A stretch of 64,000 nt of DNA. It comes from Thermoanaerobaculaceae bacterium. Its GTDB lineage: Bacteria; Acidobacteriota; Thermoanaerobaculia; Multivoradales; UBA5704. The stretch is from the NCBI GenBank assembly GCA_963785165.1, contig CAWAUI010000004.1, positions 13,321 through 77,320 of the forward strand. Direction: 5' to 3'. Shown in pieces: positions 18,407-31,833 of this stretch (its first letter is position 1; the number at the start of each line of letters is the position of its first letter). The notes beneath the pieces are model-generated. The model saw only the letters and a list, made by a program, of their open reading frames with translations, was not told the DNA's origin and made no database searches. A program made the position numbers and the translations under genes.

Positions 18407-19387
18407 CTACTTGCGCTTTGCCCTGAATCGCCATTGATAGCTGTGCCCTTCGGCGGGGGCCCCCTCCACGGCGTATCGCCACCCCTTGTAACCGGATTCA
18501 CTGACCTCCAGTTCCTGTAAGACCTCATTTTCCACCTTCGCGCTCTCCTGGCGGCACTGGATGGCATACGTGTCGTGCAGTTTCGAGCTGAAGTACACGG
18601 TGTACTCGAATTTCGGGACCCGAGTACGGGAATCCAGGCTCAACGAGAACTCTTCGTCACCCACTGTCAGGAGCCTCTTGACCATCCCTGGCCAGACGTA
18701 GGAGAAGACGATCTCGCGGGGAGTTTCCTGAGGAGACAGTAGCGGCAAGAAGAAGACCGAGATCTCCTTGCGATGGCTCTCGTTCCTCCGCAAGAGGTAG
18801 GCGACCCTATCGGCTCCAGCTCCGTCGCGGACCTTGAACTGGATGTCTTCGAGGAAGCTCACGCTGGGAGCTTCGGGCTCCGCTGCAATCAGAAGCGTCC
18901 AGAAATGCAGAGGGCGCTCGTGAGCCCGAATCGTGTAGGTGGCCGTGACCCGAGTCGTCCCATCGGCTTCGATGCAGTAGGAGCGGCTGACCCGTTCAAA
19001 GGCGAACGGTGGGCGCTCGGCCAAGGGGTACAACTGATTGGCGATACGGTTGGAGGCCCAGATCATGCCCTGAAGGGTTTTCTCTACGGTCTCGCCGCGG
19101 CCCCGCTGTTCTTTTTTCAGGGTATGTCCCTCGAAGGCCAGCTTCACGGTGAGCGAGAGGCTGGCGAGGAGCACGACAGCGGCCAAGGCGAGTCCCCAGC
19201 CCCAGGTCTCGCTGAGTAGGAGTTGACTTGAGCCCTTGGGCTTCACCGCTCCGGCGGCGACCCATAACCGAAGGGTCTCAACGAGCTTGTCCAGTTTGAG
19301 GACCAGGGCAATCGTGGCCACGATGCCGGCCATGGCTTTCCAGTAGCTCTTCAGGAATCCAAAGACAGCCTGCACTTTCGGCTCCAT
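18407..19387 (-). CDS. Unknown protein with two N-terminal hydrophobic segments and a beta-rich C-terminal domain
   Basis: Intact 326 aa ORF with codon usage less GC-biased than its neighbours, inserted between pth and rpsF. Confidence 0.8.
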   Translation of the reverse strand: MEPKVQAVFGFLKSYWKAMAGIVATIALVLKLDKLVETLRLWVAAGAVKPKGSSQLLLSETWGWGLALAAVVLLASLSLTVKLAFEGHTLKKEQRGRGETVEKTLQGMIWASNRIANQLYPLAERPPFAFERVSRSYCIEADGTTRVTATYTIRAHERPLHFWTLLIAAEPEAPSVSFLEDIQFKVRDGAGADRVAYLLRRNESHRKEISVFFLPLLSPQETPREIVFSYVWPGMVKRLLTVGDEEFSLSLDSRTRVPKFEYTVYFSSKLHDTYAIQCRQESAKVENEVLQELEVSESGYKGWRYAVEGAPAEGHSYQWRFRAKRK

Positions 19388-19490
19388 GCTCCAGTCCTCT
19401 TCTATGATTTCTGAGACGAGATTACAGGAATCGAGAAAAAGTATGGAGGGGTCTGCCTCTTGCCTTTTCTCCTACACCCTGTACAATCCA

Positions 19491-19591
19491 CCTCCTTGTC
19501 ATCGAGCGGGCCGGCCTTTCGGCCAGGTACCGCTGATTCGTTCACCTCTCTGTTCCGCGCGAAGCGGGACCGACCCAAGGCCATAGGGAGG
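19491..19591 (+). ncRNA. Putative S6:S18 autoregulatory leader of the rpsF operon
   Basis: CCTCCTTG (19491-19498) can pair with TAGGGAGG (19584-19591, SD), which is preceded by GCCA (CCR motif). Promoter-like TTGCCT-16 bp-TACAAT immediately upstream. Confidence 0.55.
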
Positions 19592-19604
19592 ACAGTCACT
19601 ACCC

Positions 19605-20015
19605 ATGCGTATGTATGAGCTGATGTTTGTGGTCGACCCTCGTGTTGCCGACGAGGAAGTCGTCACCATGACCAACGACTACAAGAACATGATCACTTCC
19701 GCGGGATCGCAGATCACCGGGGAAGAGAACTGGGGCCGGCGCAAGCTTGCCTATCCCATCGACAAGCTGAACGAGGGCAAGTACGTCCTGCTCTACGTTT
19801 CCAGCGAGAAGGGCAAGACCGCCCTTCCCGAGGTCGAGCACCGGATGCGGCAGAACGACAAGATCCTGCGCTACCTGACGGTGCGTACGGACGAGGACCT
19901 CAAGCGGGCGGCGCGACGCCAGCCGGCCGGCGGTCCCCGGACCGGCGCGGGTGCCGAGGACCGGCCCGACGCCGGTGCCGGCTCCGCCGCCGACATCGAG
20001 GAAGAGGAGGTTTAA
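19605..20015 (+). CDS. rpsF: 30S ribosomal protein S6
   Basis: YELMFVVDP...WGRRKLAYPI...ILRYLTVR. Confidence 0.97.
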   Translation: MRMYELMFVVDPRVADEEVVTMTNDYKNMITSAGSQITGEENWGRRKLAYPIDKLNEGKYVLLYVSSEKGKTALPEVEHRMRQNDKILRYLTVRTDEDLKRAARRQPAGGPRTGAGAEDRPDAGAGSAADIEEEEV

Positions 20016-20018
20016 GCC

Positions 20019-20252
20019 ATGGGACGCGCGAGAAAGGTCTTCTTCCGGCGGCGCAAGGTCTGTAAGTTCTGCGCCGACAAGATCGACTACATCGATTACA
20101 AAGACGTCAAGCTGCTGCAGCAGTTCATCCCCGAGCGCTCCAAGATCCTGCCGCGCCGGATCTCGGGTACCTGTGCCAACCACCAACGCCCCCTGCAGCA
20201 GGCGATCAAGCGGGCGCGCCACCTGGCGTTGATCCCGTTCACCACGGATTAG
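20019..20252 (+). CDS. rpsR: 30S ribosomal protein S18 (zinc-binding type)
   Basis: CKFC...IDYKDVKLL...[16 protein letters not shown]. Confidence 0.98.
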   Translation: MGRARKVFFRRRKVCKFCADKIDYIDYKDVKLLQQFIPERSKILPRRISGTCANHQRPLQQAIKRARHLALIPFTTD

Positions 20253-20262
20253 GAGGGGAAGC

Positions 20263-20709
20263 GTGAGAGTCATCCTGCTCAGCGACCAGCGCCATCTAGG
20301 CCGCCGGGGCGAGGTGGTGGACGTCAAGCCGGGTTTCGGCCGCAACTACCTCGTTCCCCAGGGAATCGCCCTGGAGGCGACCCATGCCAACGTCAAGTAC
20401 TTCGAGCAGCAGCGGGCCAAGTACGACGCCGCTCACGCCAAGGAGCGTGACGCCGCGGCGGAGATCGGTTCCAAGCTGTCCGGCCTGCGGATCGAGATTC
20501 CGAAGCGGGTCGGCGAAACCGGCACGCTCTACGGCTCCGTCACCGCCGGCGACGTGGCGGAGATCCTCGAGAAGAAGGGTTTCACCGTCGACCGCCGGCG
20601 TATCGACCTCGAGGGCGGCATCAAGTCCCTCGGCGACCACACGGTTCGCGTCGAGCTTCACCCCGAGGTCATCGCCGAGGTGACCGTGGCGGTGGTGCCG
20701 GAAGAGTAA
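20263..20709 (+). CDS. rplI: 50S ribosomal protein L9
   Basis: VILL...LGRRGEVVDVKPGFGRNYLVPQG, LYGSVT. Confidence 0.98.
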   Translation: MRVILLSDQRHLGRRGEVVDVKPGFGRNYLVPQGIALEATHANVKYFEQQRAKYDAAHAKERDAAAEIGSKLSGLRIEIPKRVGETGTLYGSVTAGDVAEILEKKGFTVDRRRIDLEGGIKSLGDHTVRVELHPEVIAEVTVAVVPEE

Positions 20710-20727
20710 ACGGTAGGATAGGGCGCG

Positions 20728-21986
20728 ATGTCGAACGGACCCGGCAGCCCGGGTGGCCCGGAGCATCGCGCCCCCTCCCCCTCGATCCCCGCCGTACCTT
20801 CCATTACAGATTTTCTCGGCGAGCCCACCCGGGATCTCGCGGCATGGCGACTGGCTGTGGTCGGGGGACCACCAGCTCCCCATTCGGAGCCATCGGGGCC
20901 TTCTGGGCCGGTTCGTCGTCGGCCTGAAGCGCCTTCTGCGCCCGCTCGTCAAGGTCCCCCAGAACGACCTCTGGGAGCGCCAGCGGGCCTTCAACCTCAT
21001 CCTCCTGGAACACTTCGACCGCCTGGAAGCGGCCCGCGCCGACCACCTGCGGCGGATCGAGTACCAGGAAGCCCTGGACTCCGAAGGCGTCCAGGAGATC
21101 ATGCGCCACAACGACGCCCTCTACGCCCGGGCGGACCAGAAGCTGGACCGCTACCGGCGCGAGGCTCGTGATCTCCTGGGCGGCTTGGGCGCGGCCCTGG
21201 CGGTGGCCCGCTCGGCATCTGGCTCCTCCTCGGCCTCTCCGGAGACCGCCGAGACGGTCGCCCGCACGGTCGCCCGCACCTATGAGGAGCACGGCTACGT
21301 CGAGCTGGAGCGCCGTTACCGGGGCACCGAGGAGGAGATCCGCGAGCGCATCGCGGTCTACCAACCGTTCCTCAAGGATGCGCCAGGGCCGGTTCTCGAC
21401 CTCGGCTGCGGCCGCGGCGAGGCTCTGTCCCTGCTGCGCGACTGGGGCCTGGCCGGCCGGGGTGTGGACGCGAGCGCCAGCATGGTCGACGCTCTGCCGC
21501 GGCCGGGGCCTGGAGGCCGAGGTGGGCGACCTCTTCGAGGTGCTGGCCGGCCTGCCCGAGGAGAGCCTGGGGGGCGTCGTCTCCTTCCACGTCATCGAGC
21601 ACCTGCCGGCTGCGGCGCTCGACCGCCTCGTCCGCCTGGCCTGGCGGGCTCTGAAGAAGGGCGGCGTGCTGATCCTGGAGACCCCGAACCCGCTCTCCAT
21701 GGTGGTGGCCGCCCGCAACTTCTGGCTCGACCCCACGCATGTGCGGCCCGTCCATCCCGAGAGCCTGAAGCTGATGTATGAGCTGGCCGGCTTCGAGCCG
21801 GTCGAGCGGCTGGATCTGCGCCCCTTCCCGGTCCCGCAACGTCTCCCCGAGATCGACCTCGCCACCCTCCCTGCCGAGCAGCGCGTTCTCGCCGACCAGG
21901 TCAACCGCTTGCGGGACCAGATCGACGAAATGCTGTTCGGATACCAGGACTTTGGGATGGTGGGGCGGAAGCCCCCTCAACCCTAG
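20728..21986 (+). CDS. Class I SAM methyltransferase with N-terminal helical region, surface-glycan-associated type (two frameshifts)
   Basis: ERRYRGTEEEIRER, VLDLGCGRGE, SFHVIEHL, ILETPNP, NFWLDPTHVRPVHP. Confidence 0.85.
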
Positions 21987-22002
21987 GGACAGGGATGTGG
22001 GG

Positions 22003-24577
22003 TCAGGGCGGCGGCGGCGCCCCCTCGTCGCCCGGCGCGGGCGGCTCCACGGGCGGCCCGTCCTGTGGGCCAGGGTCGTCCGTTCCCGCTGCCGGCGGCG
22101 CCCCGGGGTCCGCCTTGCCCGGCATGGCCTCGCCTTCCTTGGGGATGTAGAAGGCCTTCTGCTGGTACCACGGCAGGTTGGTGATCGTGGACCACTGGGC
22201 GCTGTGCTCGCGGTTGGGCTCGGTGCCGGTGACGAAGGCTTCCTTGATCGTGCGGCCGCCTTCGGCGGAGAGCAGGCCGGAGTAGTACTCGATGTTCCGT
22301 TCGATCACGCCCGGCGGCACCGGGAAGGTCTCCCCCTTCTGCAGCCAGCCCGTCTCCAGGCCGTCCTCCGCGATGGTGCGCCACATGGGCAGGGCCGCCA
22401 CGGCGCCGCTCATGCCGTGGCCGAGCGTCTTCTTGAGGTCGTAGCCCACCCAGGTGAGGATCGTGTAGCGCGGGGTGAAGCGCCACGAACCAGGCGTCGG
22501 AGAAGTCGTCCGTGGTGCCGGTCTTGCCCGCGATGTCGATCGGCAGCTTGCTGCAGCTCGAAGGCCGTGCCGTGGTCGATCACCCCTTCCATCATGTGGG
22601 TGAGCACGTAGGCCACCGCCGGGGTGGTGGCGCTGTAGGTGGCCGGGAAGTGCTGGAGCAGAACCTGGCCGTCCGGCGTGGTGATCTTCTCGATCAGGTA
22701 TGGCGCGATGTGTGTGCCCTGGTTGGCGACCGTGGCATAGGCGGCAGCGACTTCGAGCGGGATCAGGTCGGCCGAGCCCAGGGCCACGCTGGGCCACGTG
22801 GGGAGCTGGGTCTGGATACCCAGCCGGTGGGCGAAGTCGACCACCCGCCGGCCGCCGACGAGCGTCGCGGAGCTTGACGGCCGGCACGTTGATCGACTGC
22901 TCCAGGGCCCGGCGCAGCGTCACGATGCCGTAGTGCTTGTGGTAGTAGTTCTGCGGCCGGTAGCTCAATCGTCCGTCGGCGCCGGTGAAGGCGGTGGGCG
23001 CGTCGAGCAGGGTGTCCGACGGCGTCCAGCCCGCTTCCAGGGCGGCGCCGTAGACGAAGGGCTTGAACGACGAGCCCACCTGCCGCTTGGCCTGGGTGAT
23101 CCGGTTGAACTTGTTGCGGTCGAAGTCCCAGCCGCCCACCATGGCGCGAATGGCGCCGGTGTGGTTCTCGATGACCACGGCGGCCGCCTCCATCCTGCGG
23201 CTGCTGCTCCAGCATCAGCCGGGCGTCGGCAGCGTCGGGGCGGGCTCGGGGGCCGGCTCCTTCTCTGCCGGCTTGTCCGGCTTGACCGCGCCGTCCGCTG
23301 CCGCTGCCGGCTTCTTCTTTTCCGGCAGCTCGAAGCGGAACCAGGCCACGTCGCCGCGCTTGAGCAGGGTGGCGGGCTCGCGGCGCTGGGTCCAGGCGAT
23401 CCCCTCGGCGCCGAGGGTGTAGGTCTCCTTGCCGATCTTGACGCTCGCCGTCTTGGCGTCCGACTCCAGCACGAGCCCCTGGTACCAGCGCCCGGGCACC
23501 GGCTTGTTCTGCCCCCAGGTGGGGAGCTGCTGGGTGTCGAGGTCCGCCGCCTTGATGGTGGCGATGGGGCCGCGCCAGCCACGCCGGTGGTCGAGCTTCA
23601 GGAGGCCCGAGCGGATCGCCTTGTCGGCCGAGCGCTGGATGGCGGGGTCGAGCGTCGTCTGCACCTGGAGGCCGCTTTCGTAGAGGCTGGTGGCGCCGTG
23701 GGTGGTTTCCAGGTACTTCCGCACGTCCTCGGCGAAGTAGGGGGCGAAGACCTCCTCCTGCTGCTGCGAGATCACCAGGAGCGGCGGAGGCCAGGGCGCT
23801 CTCGTACTGCTCGGGCGAGATGAGCTTCTCCTCCAGCATGCGGCGCAGCACCCGGTCGCGGTTCTTCTTCACGGTGTCGGGGATGCGGTAGGGGCTGTAG
23901 CGGCAAGGAGCCGGGATGATGCCCGCCAGCGTCGCCGCCTCGGGCAGCGTCAGCTTCGCGGCCGGCTTGCCGAAGTAGTAGCGCGAGGCGGCCTCCACCC
24001 CGTAGTTGCCGTGCCCCAGGTTCACCAGGTTCAGGTAGAGGGTGAGGATCTGCGGCTTGCTGTAGTTCTTCTCCAGCTCCACCGCCACGAACGCCTCTTC
24101 CACCTTGCGGCGCCAGGTGCGCTCACGGGTGAGGAAGAGCGTGCGGGCGAGCTGCATGCTGATCGTCGAGGCGCCCTCGACGACCTTGCCGGCCCGCAGG
24201 TCGGCCACCGCCGCCCGGCCGATGCCCATGGCGTCGATGCCGCCGTGGCGGAAGAAGTTGGCGTCCTCGGAGGCGAGCACGGCCTGCTGCATCACCTGCG
24301 GCATGCCGCTCTCCTTGAGCATCACCCGGCGCTCGCGCGCGAAGGTGGAGAAGACGGCGCCGTTCTTGTCGTAGAGCTGCGTCACCAGGCTCGGGGTGTA
24401 GTCGGCGAGGGTGTCCACCTTGGGCACGTGGATGGCGGCCGCGACTCCCACGCCGGTGACGGCTCCCACCACCAGGGCGGCCAGCAAGGGCCACGTCCAA
24501 CGGATGAGCCGGCGGGAGCGGCGGGGGGGAGCGCTGGGGATGGATGAACGGTTCGCGGGCAGGGGCTCGTACTCCAT
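22003..24577 (-). CDS. Penicillin-binding protein 1A (several frameshifts)
   Basis: Transglycosylase EDANFFRHGG, GASTISMQLAR, RKVEE; transpeptidase RQVGSSFKPF, SINV, GKTGT. Confidence 0.93.
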
Positions 24578-24666
24578 GGAGACATTATAGAGGTTGCCGG
24601 CACCGTTCTCCCGATGATAGAAAGGCCCTGCCAAGCTGGAGACCCCAACGGCACCCGGAGGCCCGA

Positions 24667-25134
24667 ATGGAACCCCCGCAGCCCCCGCCACCCCAACCCG
24701 CCGCCCCGTTCGATCCGAACGCCCGGCCCAAGACCGGGGGGTGTCCCAAGCCACTGATCATCGGTTGCGTCGCCGTCCTGCTCGTGGGTGGCGTGCTTCT
24801 TCTGGGCGGCTTCCTGTGGGTGGCGAAGAACGCTTCCCAGCTTCTCCAGTGGTCCGTCAACCAGATGGAGAGCGGCGTCATGCAGCAGCTCCCGCCGGAC
24901 GTCACCCAGGAGGAAAGAGACCGGCTCCGGCTGGCCTTCGGCGACGTCAGCGCGGGCCTCAAGTCCGGCAAGATCACCCCCGACAAGTTCCAGTCCGTGC
25001 AGTTCAAGATCCTGGAGATCGTCCGCAAGGAGAACAAGGTCACCCGGCAGGACGTCCTGGAGCTGACCCGGCTCCTGGAAGAGACGGCGGGCAAGGGGGC
25101 CGCGGCCGGTGGGGGAGGAGGGCCGGGGAGGTGA
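24667..25134 (+). CDS. Hypothetical single-pass membrane protein
   Basis: Pro-rich N-terminus, KPLIIGCVAVLLVGGVLLLGGFLWV TM segment, helical C-terminus, typical codon usage. Confidence 0.75.
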   Translation: MEPPQPPPPQPAAPFDPNARPKTGGCPKPLIIGCVAVLLVGGVLLLGGFLWVAKNASQLLQWSVNQMESGVMQQLPPDVTQEERDRLRLAFGDVSAGLKSGKITPDKFQSVQFKILEIVRKENKVTRQDVLELTRLLEETAGKGAAAGGGGGPGR

Positions 25135-25155
25135 GGGCTCGTTTACAATTCCCCC

Positions 25156-27147
<1,992 letters not shown>

Positions 27148-27186
27148 GAAAGCTCGGCATGCTGGATCGTGGATCACAGTCCGGTG

Positions 27187-27215
27187 GCGGCTGGGGCCGA
27201 TCTGACCCCAGCCGC
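27187..27215. terminator. GC hairpin between uvrB and the convergent OmpW-like remnant
   Basis: gcggctgggg...ccccagccgc. Confidence 0.5.
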
Positions 27216-27228
27216 GCGGCTCATTGGC

Positions 27229-27387
27229 CTAGAAGTGGTAGACGAACCCCACCTTTACGATCAGTGGATCGACGTCCACGTCCAGGAAATCGGCTTCCGT
27301 AGAGACCTTCAGGTACTCGACGCCTCCCGTGAAGCCCCAGCATTCCCCAATGAACGCATCGAACCCGGCGTTGGCTCCGTAGGCGAA
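27229..27387 (-). pseudogene. 3' remnant of an OmpW-like outer-membrane beta-barrel gene
   Basis: Own translation: FAYGANAGFDAFIGECWGFTGGVEYLKVSTEADFLDVDVDPLIVKVGFVYHF*. Terminal Phe, no start codon. Confidence 0.7.
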
Positions 27388-27392
27388 CTATC

Positions 27393-27545
27393 GTCGAGGT
27401 CGGCCCCAACATCACAGCCGAGCTGAACGACAAGGGTGAGCTGATCGGGATCGAGATCCTGCAGGCCACTGCCTTCCTGAGAGATGCCATCATGGAAGGA
27501 GTGCAGGCTAAGGTCTTGAATCTGGTCAAGGCCGTTGATGCCTGA
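27393..27545 (+). pseudogene. 3' remnant of a DUF2283 (antitoxin-like) gene
   Basis: Own translation: VEVGPNITAELNDKGELIGIEILQATAFLRDAIMEGVQAKVLNLVKAVDA*. In-frame TGA at 27351 and no start after it. Confidence 0.7.
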
Positions 27546-27694
27546 GGCTCACGTCGGGCTCGGATAGTGGCTCACACCCCGCTTTGGACGGGGGAGGCCT
27601 TTCTTTTACGGAATGATCTGATCCTATAGAAGATGGGGAGCGAGATCAAGCAAGGGCTTTATAGAGAGATGAGTACTCTTCCCTGAATGTGTTT

Positions 27695-30600
27695 TTAGCC
27701 GAGGCCCAGCCTCGCGAGCTCCAGCGTCACGGTGGAGCGGGTGAGCTGGTCCCCACATTCGGTGCTGATCCGTAGAGCCTCCAGGAGGCGCTCCCGGGCT
27801 TGGCGGATCTCTCCGGCGGCGCGGGCCACGCGGGCCAGGTTCTGGAGAGCGTCGGCTTCCAGAGGCCGGGCTTGGCTCTGCCGGGCCCACTGGAGCTGCT
27901 CCTGGCTGGCGGTCCGGGCGGCGGCGAGGTCGCCGGCCTGGAGCGCCACTCTCGCCCGGGTTCCCCGGAGGCGGATGAAGAGGAGCCGGTCGGCCGCGTG
28001 GTGCCCGGCTCTCTCCGCCTGGAGAAGACGGCGGCGGGCCAGCGGCAGGTCGCCGCCGCGGGCCAGGAGGTCGGCCGAGGACGCCAGAACCTCGGCGGCC
28101 ACCCGTGGGTTGCTCAGCTTCAGCAGGGTCTGGAGCGCGCTTTCCTCCAGCCTCAGGGCTTCGGGGAGCCTGCCCTCGCGGGCTTCGAGCTCCGCCAGGG
28201 CGCGGAGCGCCTGCGCCTCGTTGTCACGCCGGCGGATGAGCCGGCTGGCCGCCAGCGCGTCCGTCAAGAGCTGGCGCGCGCCCTCGAGATCACCCATATG
28301 GAGGTGGATCGCCGCGAGCTCCGCCTGCGCCTGCCCCTCCCAGAGCCGGTAATCGATCCGGCGGAACCGCTCCAGAGACTCTTCCAGCAGCGCGCGGGCC
28401 TCCTCCAGATGCCCCCTCTCGCGCTGGATCTGGCCGAGGTAGAAAAGCTGGACGGAGATGCCGAGCGCGGTGTCGAGCTGGCGGGCGGTGCCCAGGGCCC
28501 GCCGGTGCACCTGCTCGGCCCGGTCGAGATCCCCCAGCTGCTGCATCAGGACGCCCAGATTGGCGTCCACCCTCGCCGCCGTCCAGGAGTCCCCGGCGCG
28601 AAGCGCCAGCTCCTCGGCCTGGCCCAGGAGCTTCAGAGCTTCCTGGGTCCGCCCCGCCGTCGCCGCCAGGTTGGATTGGTAGATCAGGCCGCGGGCGGTG
28701 ATCAGCCAGGCCCCGAGCCGGCGCCCCTTCATCACGGTTGCCCGGGCGGCCCGGCTCACCCGGGCGAGATCGAAGAGCCGCCACGCCGCGGCGCATTCGG
28801 TGGTGTCGATCCGCGGATCCTCTCCGTCCGGTGCCGGGCGTTTGCGCAGGCGGTCGAGAACGGCCAGCGCCTCGTGGCCGTGGCCCGCGATCGAAAGCGT
28901 TTCCGCCAGCTTGAGCCCGTAGTCCAGCTCATCGGGGAACAGCGAGCCGAGGGTCCGGTAGGACTCGGCGGCCCGGTCCCACTCCTTTCCGGTCTCATGG
29001 AAGCGGGCCTCGATGGTGAGCTGGGCTTCCTGGGGCAACGAGCCGCGGGCCTTGAAGGCCTTCAGGGCCGCCTCGCGCGCCCGGGTGTCCTGGCCCATCA
29101 TCATCCAGGTCTCGGAAAACGCGGTCTGGATGGCCACCGAGCCCGGTTCGAGGCTGTCCGCCCGTTGGAGGAGATTGCGGGCCGCCACGGGATCGAAAGC
29201 CCGCAGGCGGGACAGCGCTTCCACGTAGAGGCGGATCGCCTCGGCGCCCGCCGGCAGTAGCCCCCTCGTCAACAGTCTCTCGGCGGGGGTGGGCATGGAG
29301 AACCCGAGGGCGCTCCGGAGCCGGGCGCCGGCCCGCGCCACCAGCTCGAAAAGCTCGGTCTCCTGGCCCGCCTCCACCACGGAGGCCACGGTATCCCCCT
29401 CGGGCATGGTGAGGATGCGGACGTCGAGCCGGATCTGGCGGCCCTCCCGGTCGTCCATGGGAAGAAAGGCCCCGTTGACGGCGAAATCGGCGCCCATCAG
29501 GGCGTGGAGGCGTTCCATGGACAGTGCGGTCCGGGCTTCCTCCCTCCGGCAGGTTGAGGGTGCGTTGAGCCCGGGCCGTCCGCTCGCTCGACACGACCCG
29601 CAATTTGGCTCCGGCCGCCAGCTCCGCCGTCAGCATCTCCGTGAGAGCGGGGCCGAGCCACTGTTGCGCGGTGTTCCCCGAGAGGTTCCTGAAGCCCAGC
29701 ACCGCCACGGACCGGCGCCGGTCGGGAGCCGGCCGGCCGGGTGGGAGAGAGACCTGCTTCCCGGCTGTCCCGTCCGGCTTCGGCCCCAGATTCGGCCCCA
29801 TCTTCGGGAAGTTGCCGGCAGCGGTCAGGATCACCCCCAGGACCAGAACCAGGGCCAGGAGGGGGAGGAGGATCGAGGCGCGCCGCCCCGGTCCGGGCTG
29901 AAGGAGCCGGAACCGTCCGCCGGGCATGGACCGCAGAGCGGCCTCGACGCTCTCGGCGGACGGCATGCGGTTCGGCCGGATCCTTCTTCAGGAGAGAGGA
30001 CACCAGCCGGTCCAGTTTCGCCGGCACGTCCGGCCGCAGCCGCCGGAGGGGCACCGGCTCGCCTTGGAGGATGGCCGCCCGGGCGGCGGTCGCATTCTCT
30101 CCGGGGAAGGGCTGGCAGCCGGTCAACGCCTCATAGATCACCACGCCGAGAGACCAGAGGTCCGTACGGGGGTCCACGGGCCGGCCTTCCATCTGCTCGG
30201 GGGACATGTACGCGGGCGTTCCCACCACCGTGCCCCCCCGCGTGAGGCCGGAGGTGTCGCTCGCCAGCTTGGCGATCCCGAAGTCGAGGATTTTCACGAC
30301 CCCGTCGCCGGTGATCATCAGGTTGGACGGCTTGACGTCCCGGTGGACGATCCCCCTCTGGTGCGCCTTGCCGAGCCCTCTCGCGGCCTGGAGGGCGACG
30401 TCGATCACCTCGGGGATTCCCAGGGGGCCGCGATCGATCCGCTCTTCGAGGGTCTCGCCCTCATAGAACGGCATCGCCAGATAGAGCTGAAGGTCGGCCG
30501 TCTCTCCCACCTCATAGATGGAGCAGACGTTGACATGGTCCAGGGTCGAGGCCGTCCGGGCTTCCTGGAGGAACCTGGCCTTGGACCCGGGGTCGCGCGC

Positions 30601-30797
30601 CAGCTCGGCGGTCAGCAGCTTCAGGGCCACCGTGCGGCCGAGCCGCGTGTCCTCGGCGCGCCAGATGACCCCCATGCCGCCGCTGCCGATCGTCTCCAGG
30701 AGCCGGTAGGGGCCGCAAAAGGCCCCGGCGGCGCATCAGGCCCAGCCGTACCCGAGGGTCTGTCTGGCTCCTGAGCGGGCCACGTCTGAGCGTTCAC
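27695..30797 (-). CDS. Ser/Thr protein kinase with TM segment, TolB-N-like domain and TPR repeats (three frameshifts)
   Basis: GSGGMG, VALKLL, HRDVKPSN, DFGIAK, GTPAYMSPE; RRSVAVLGFRNLSG; TPR C-terminus. Confidence 0.9.
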
Positions 30798-30930
30798 CGC
30801 GACCTCCCCCCAAACAATAGAAATTCGAAACTTCCGATTTGTTGGGAAGTATAACCGGGTTGCCGGTCCCCGAGACACCCCCATTGGGCCGGCGTGGTAG
30901 ATTGGCCCTCTTTTCTGGAGCCCTTTCGAC

Positions 30931-31833
30931 ATGAATGGAACCCGAATCGTCCCGGTTTTGACCCTGGCCGCATTACCTCTCCTGGCGGGTTGTGCCGCCC
31001 GCACGGCCGAGCCCCGCCTGCCGGCCCTCTCCGCGATGGACCAGACCCGAAGCGCGCTGGTCACGGCCGGCCTGGAGGCCGGCACCCTCGAGGGGCCTCG
31101 CGGCACCCTCCGCTACTTCGAAGGTGGCGAGGGGAAGACGCTGGTGCTCGTCCACGGCAGCGGCAGCCAGTCCGGCGACTGGCAGGCCGTGGTGCCGGCG
31201 CTGCTGAAGAACCACCACTTGCTGGTCCTCGACCTGCCCGGGCATGGCGAGAGCGGGCCGGCGGAGGGTGCGCTGCCGGTGGGGGACCTGGTGAACAGCC
31301 TGGGGGCTCTGCTGGACGCGCGCAGCGCGGGCAAGCCCGCCGTGCTGATCGGCAACTCCTTGGGGGGCTGGGTGTCGCTCCTGTACTCGCTGAACCATCC
31401 GGACCGGGTGGAGCGCGTCATCGGCATCAGCAGCTCCGGCATTCTCGCCGTCCTCAAGGTGCCGTTCTCGCCCAAGACCCGGGAGGAGGCCCGAAGCCTC
31501 ATGGCCGCCATCCGCGGGCCGTATCTCAAGGGGGAGCCCACGGATGAAGAGCTGGACGCACTGTTGAAGAGGGTCGCCACGGGGCCGGCCCCGCGCTTGC
31601 TCGCCGGCCTGCGCACCGAAGATTTTCTGGACAAGCAGGCGGACAAGATCAAGGTGCCGGTCGACCTGGTCTGGGGCGAGGAAGACGGCGTGCTGCCGCT
31701 CGACTACGGCCGCCGTCTCGCATCGCTGATCCCCCAGGCGCACCTGCACCCGCTGCCGCGCTGCGGGCACATGCCGCAAGTGCACTGCCCGCAGTCGCTG
31801 ACCAGGCTTCTCCTCGATCTGCTGGCCGGATAA
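30931..31833 (+). CDS. Alpha/beta hydrolase lipoprotein
   Basis: LAGC lipobox, LVHG, DLPGHGES, GNSLGG, WGEED, CGH. Confidence 0.92.
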   Translation: MNGTRIVPVLTLAALPLLAGCAARTAEPRLPALSAMDQTRSALVTAGLEAGTLEGPRGTLRYFEGGEGKTLVLVHGSGSQSGDWQAVVPALLKNHHLLVLDLPGHGESGPAEGALPVGDLVNSLGALLDARSAGKPAVLIGNSLGGWVSLLYSLNHPDRVERVIGISSSGILAVLKVPFSPKTREEARSLMAAIRGPYLKGEPTDEELDALLKRVATGPAPRLLAGLRTEDFLDKQADKIKVPVDLVWGEEDGVLPLDYGRRLASLIPQAHLHPLPRCGHMPQVHCPQSLTRLLLDLLAG

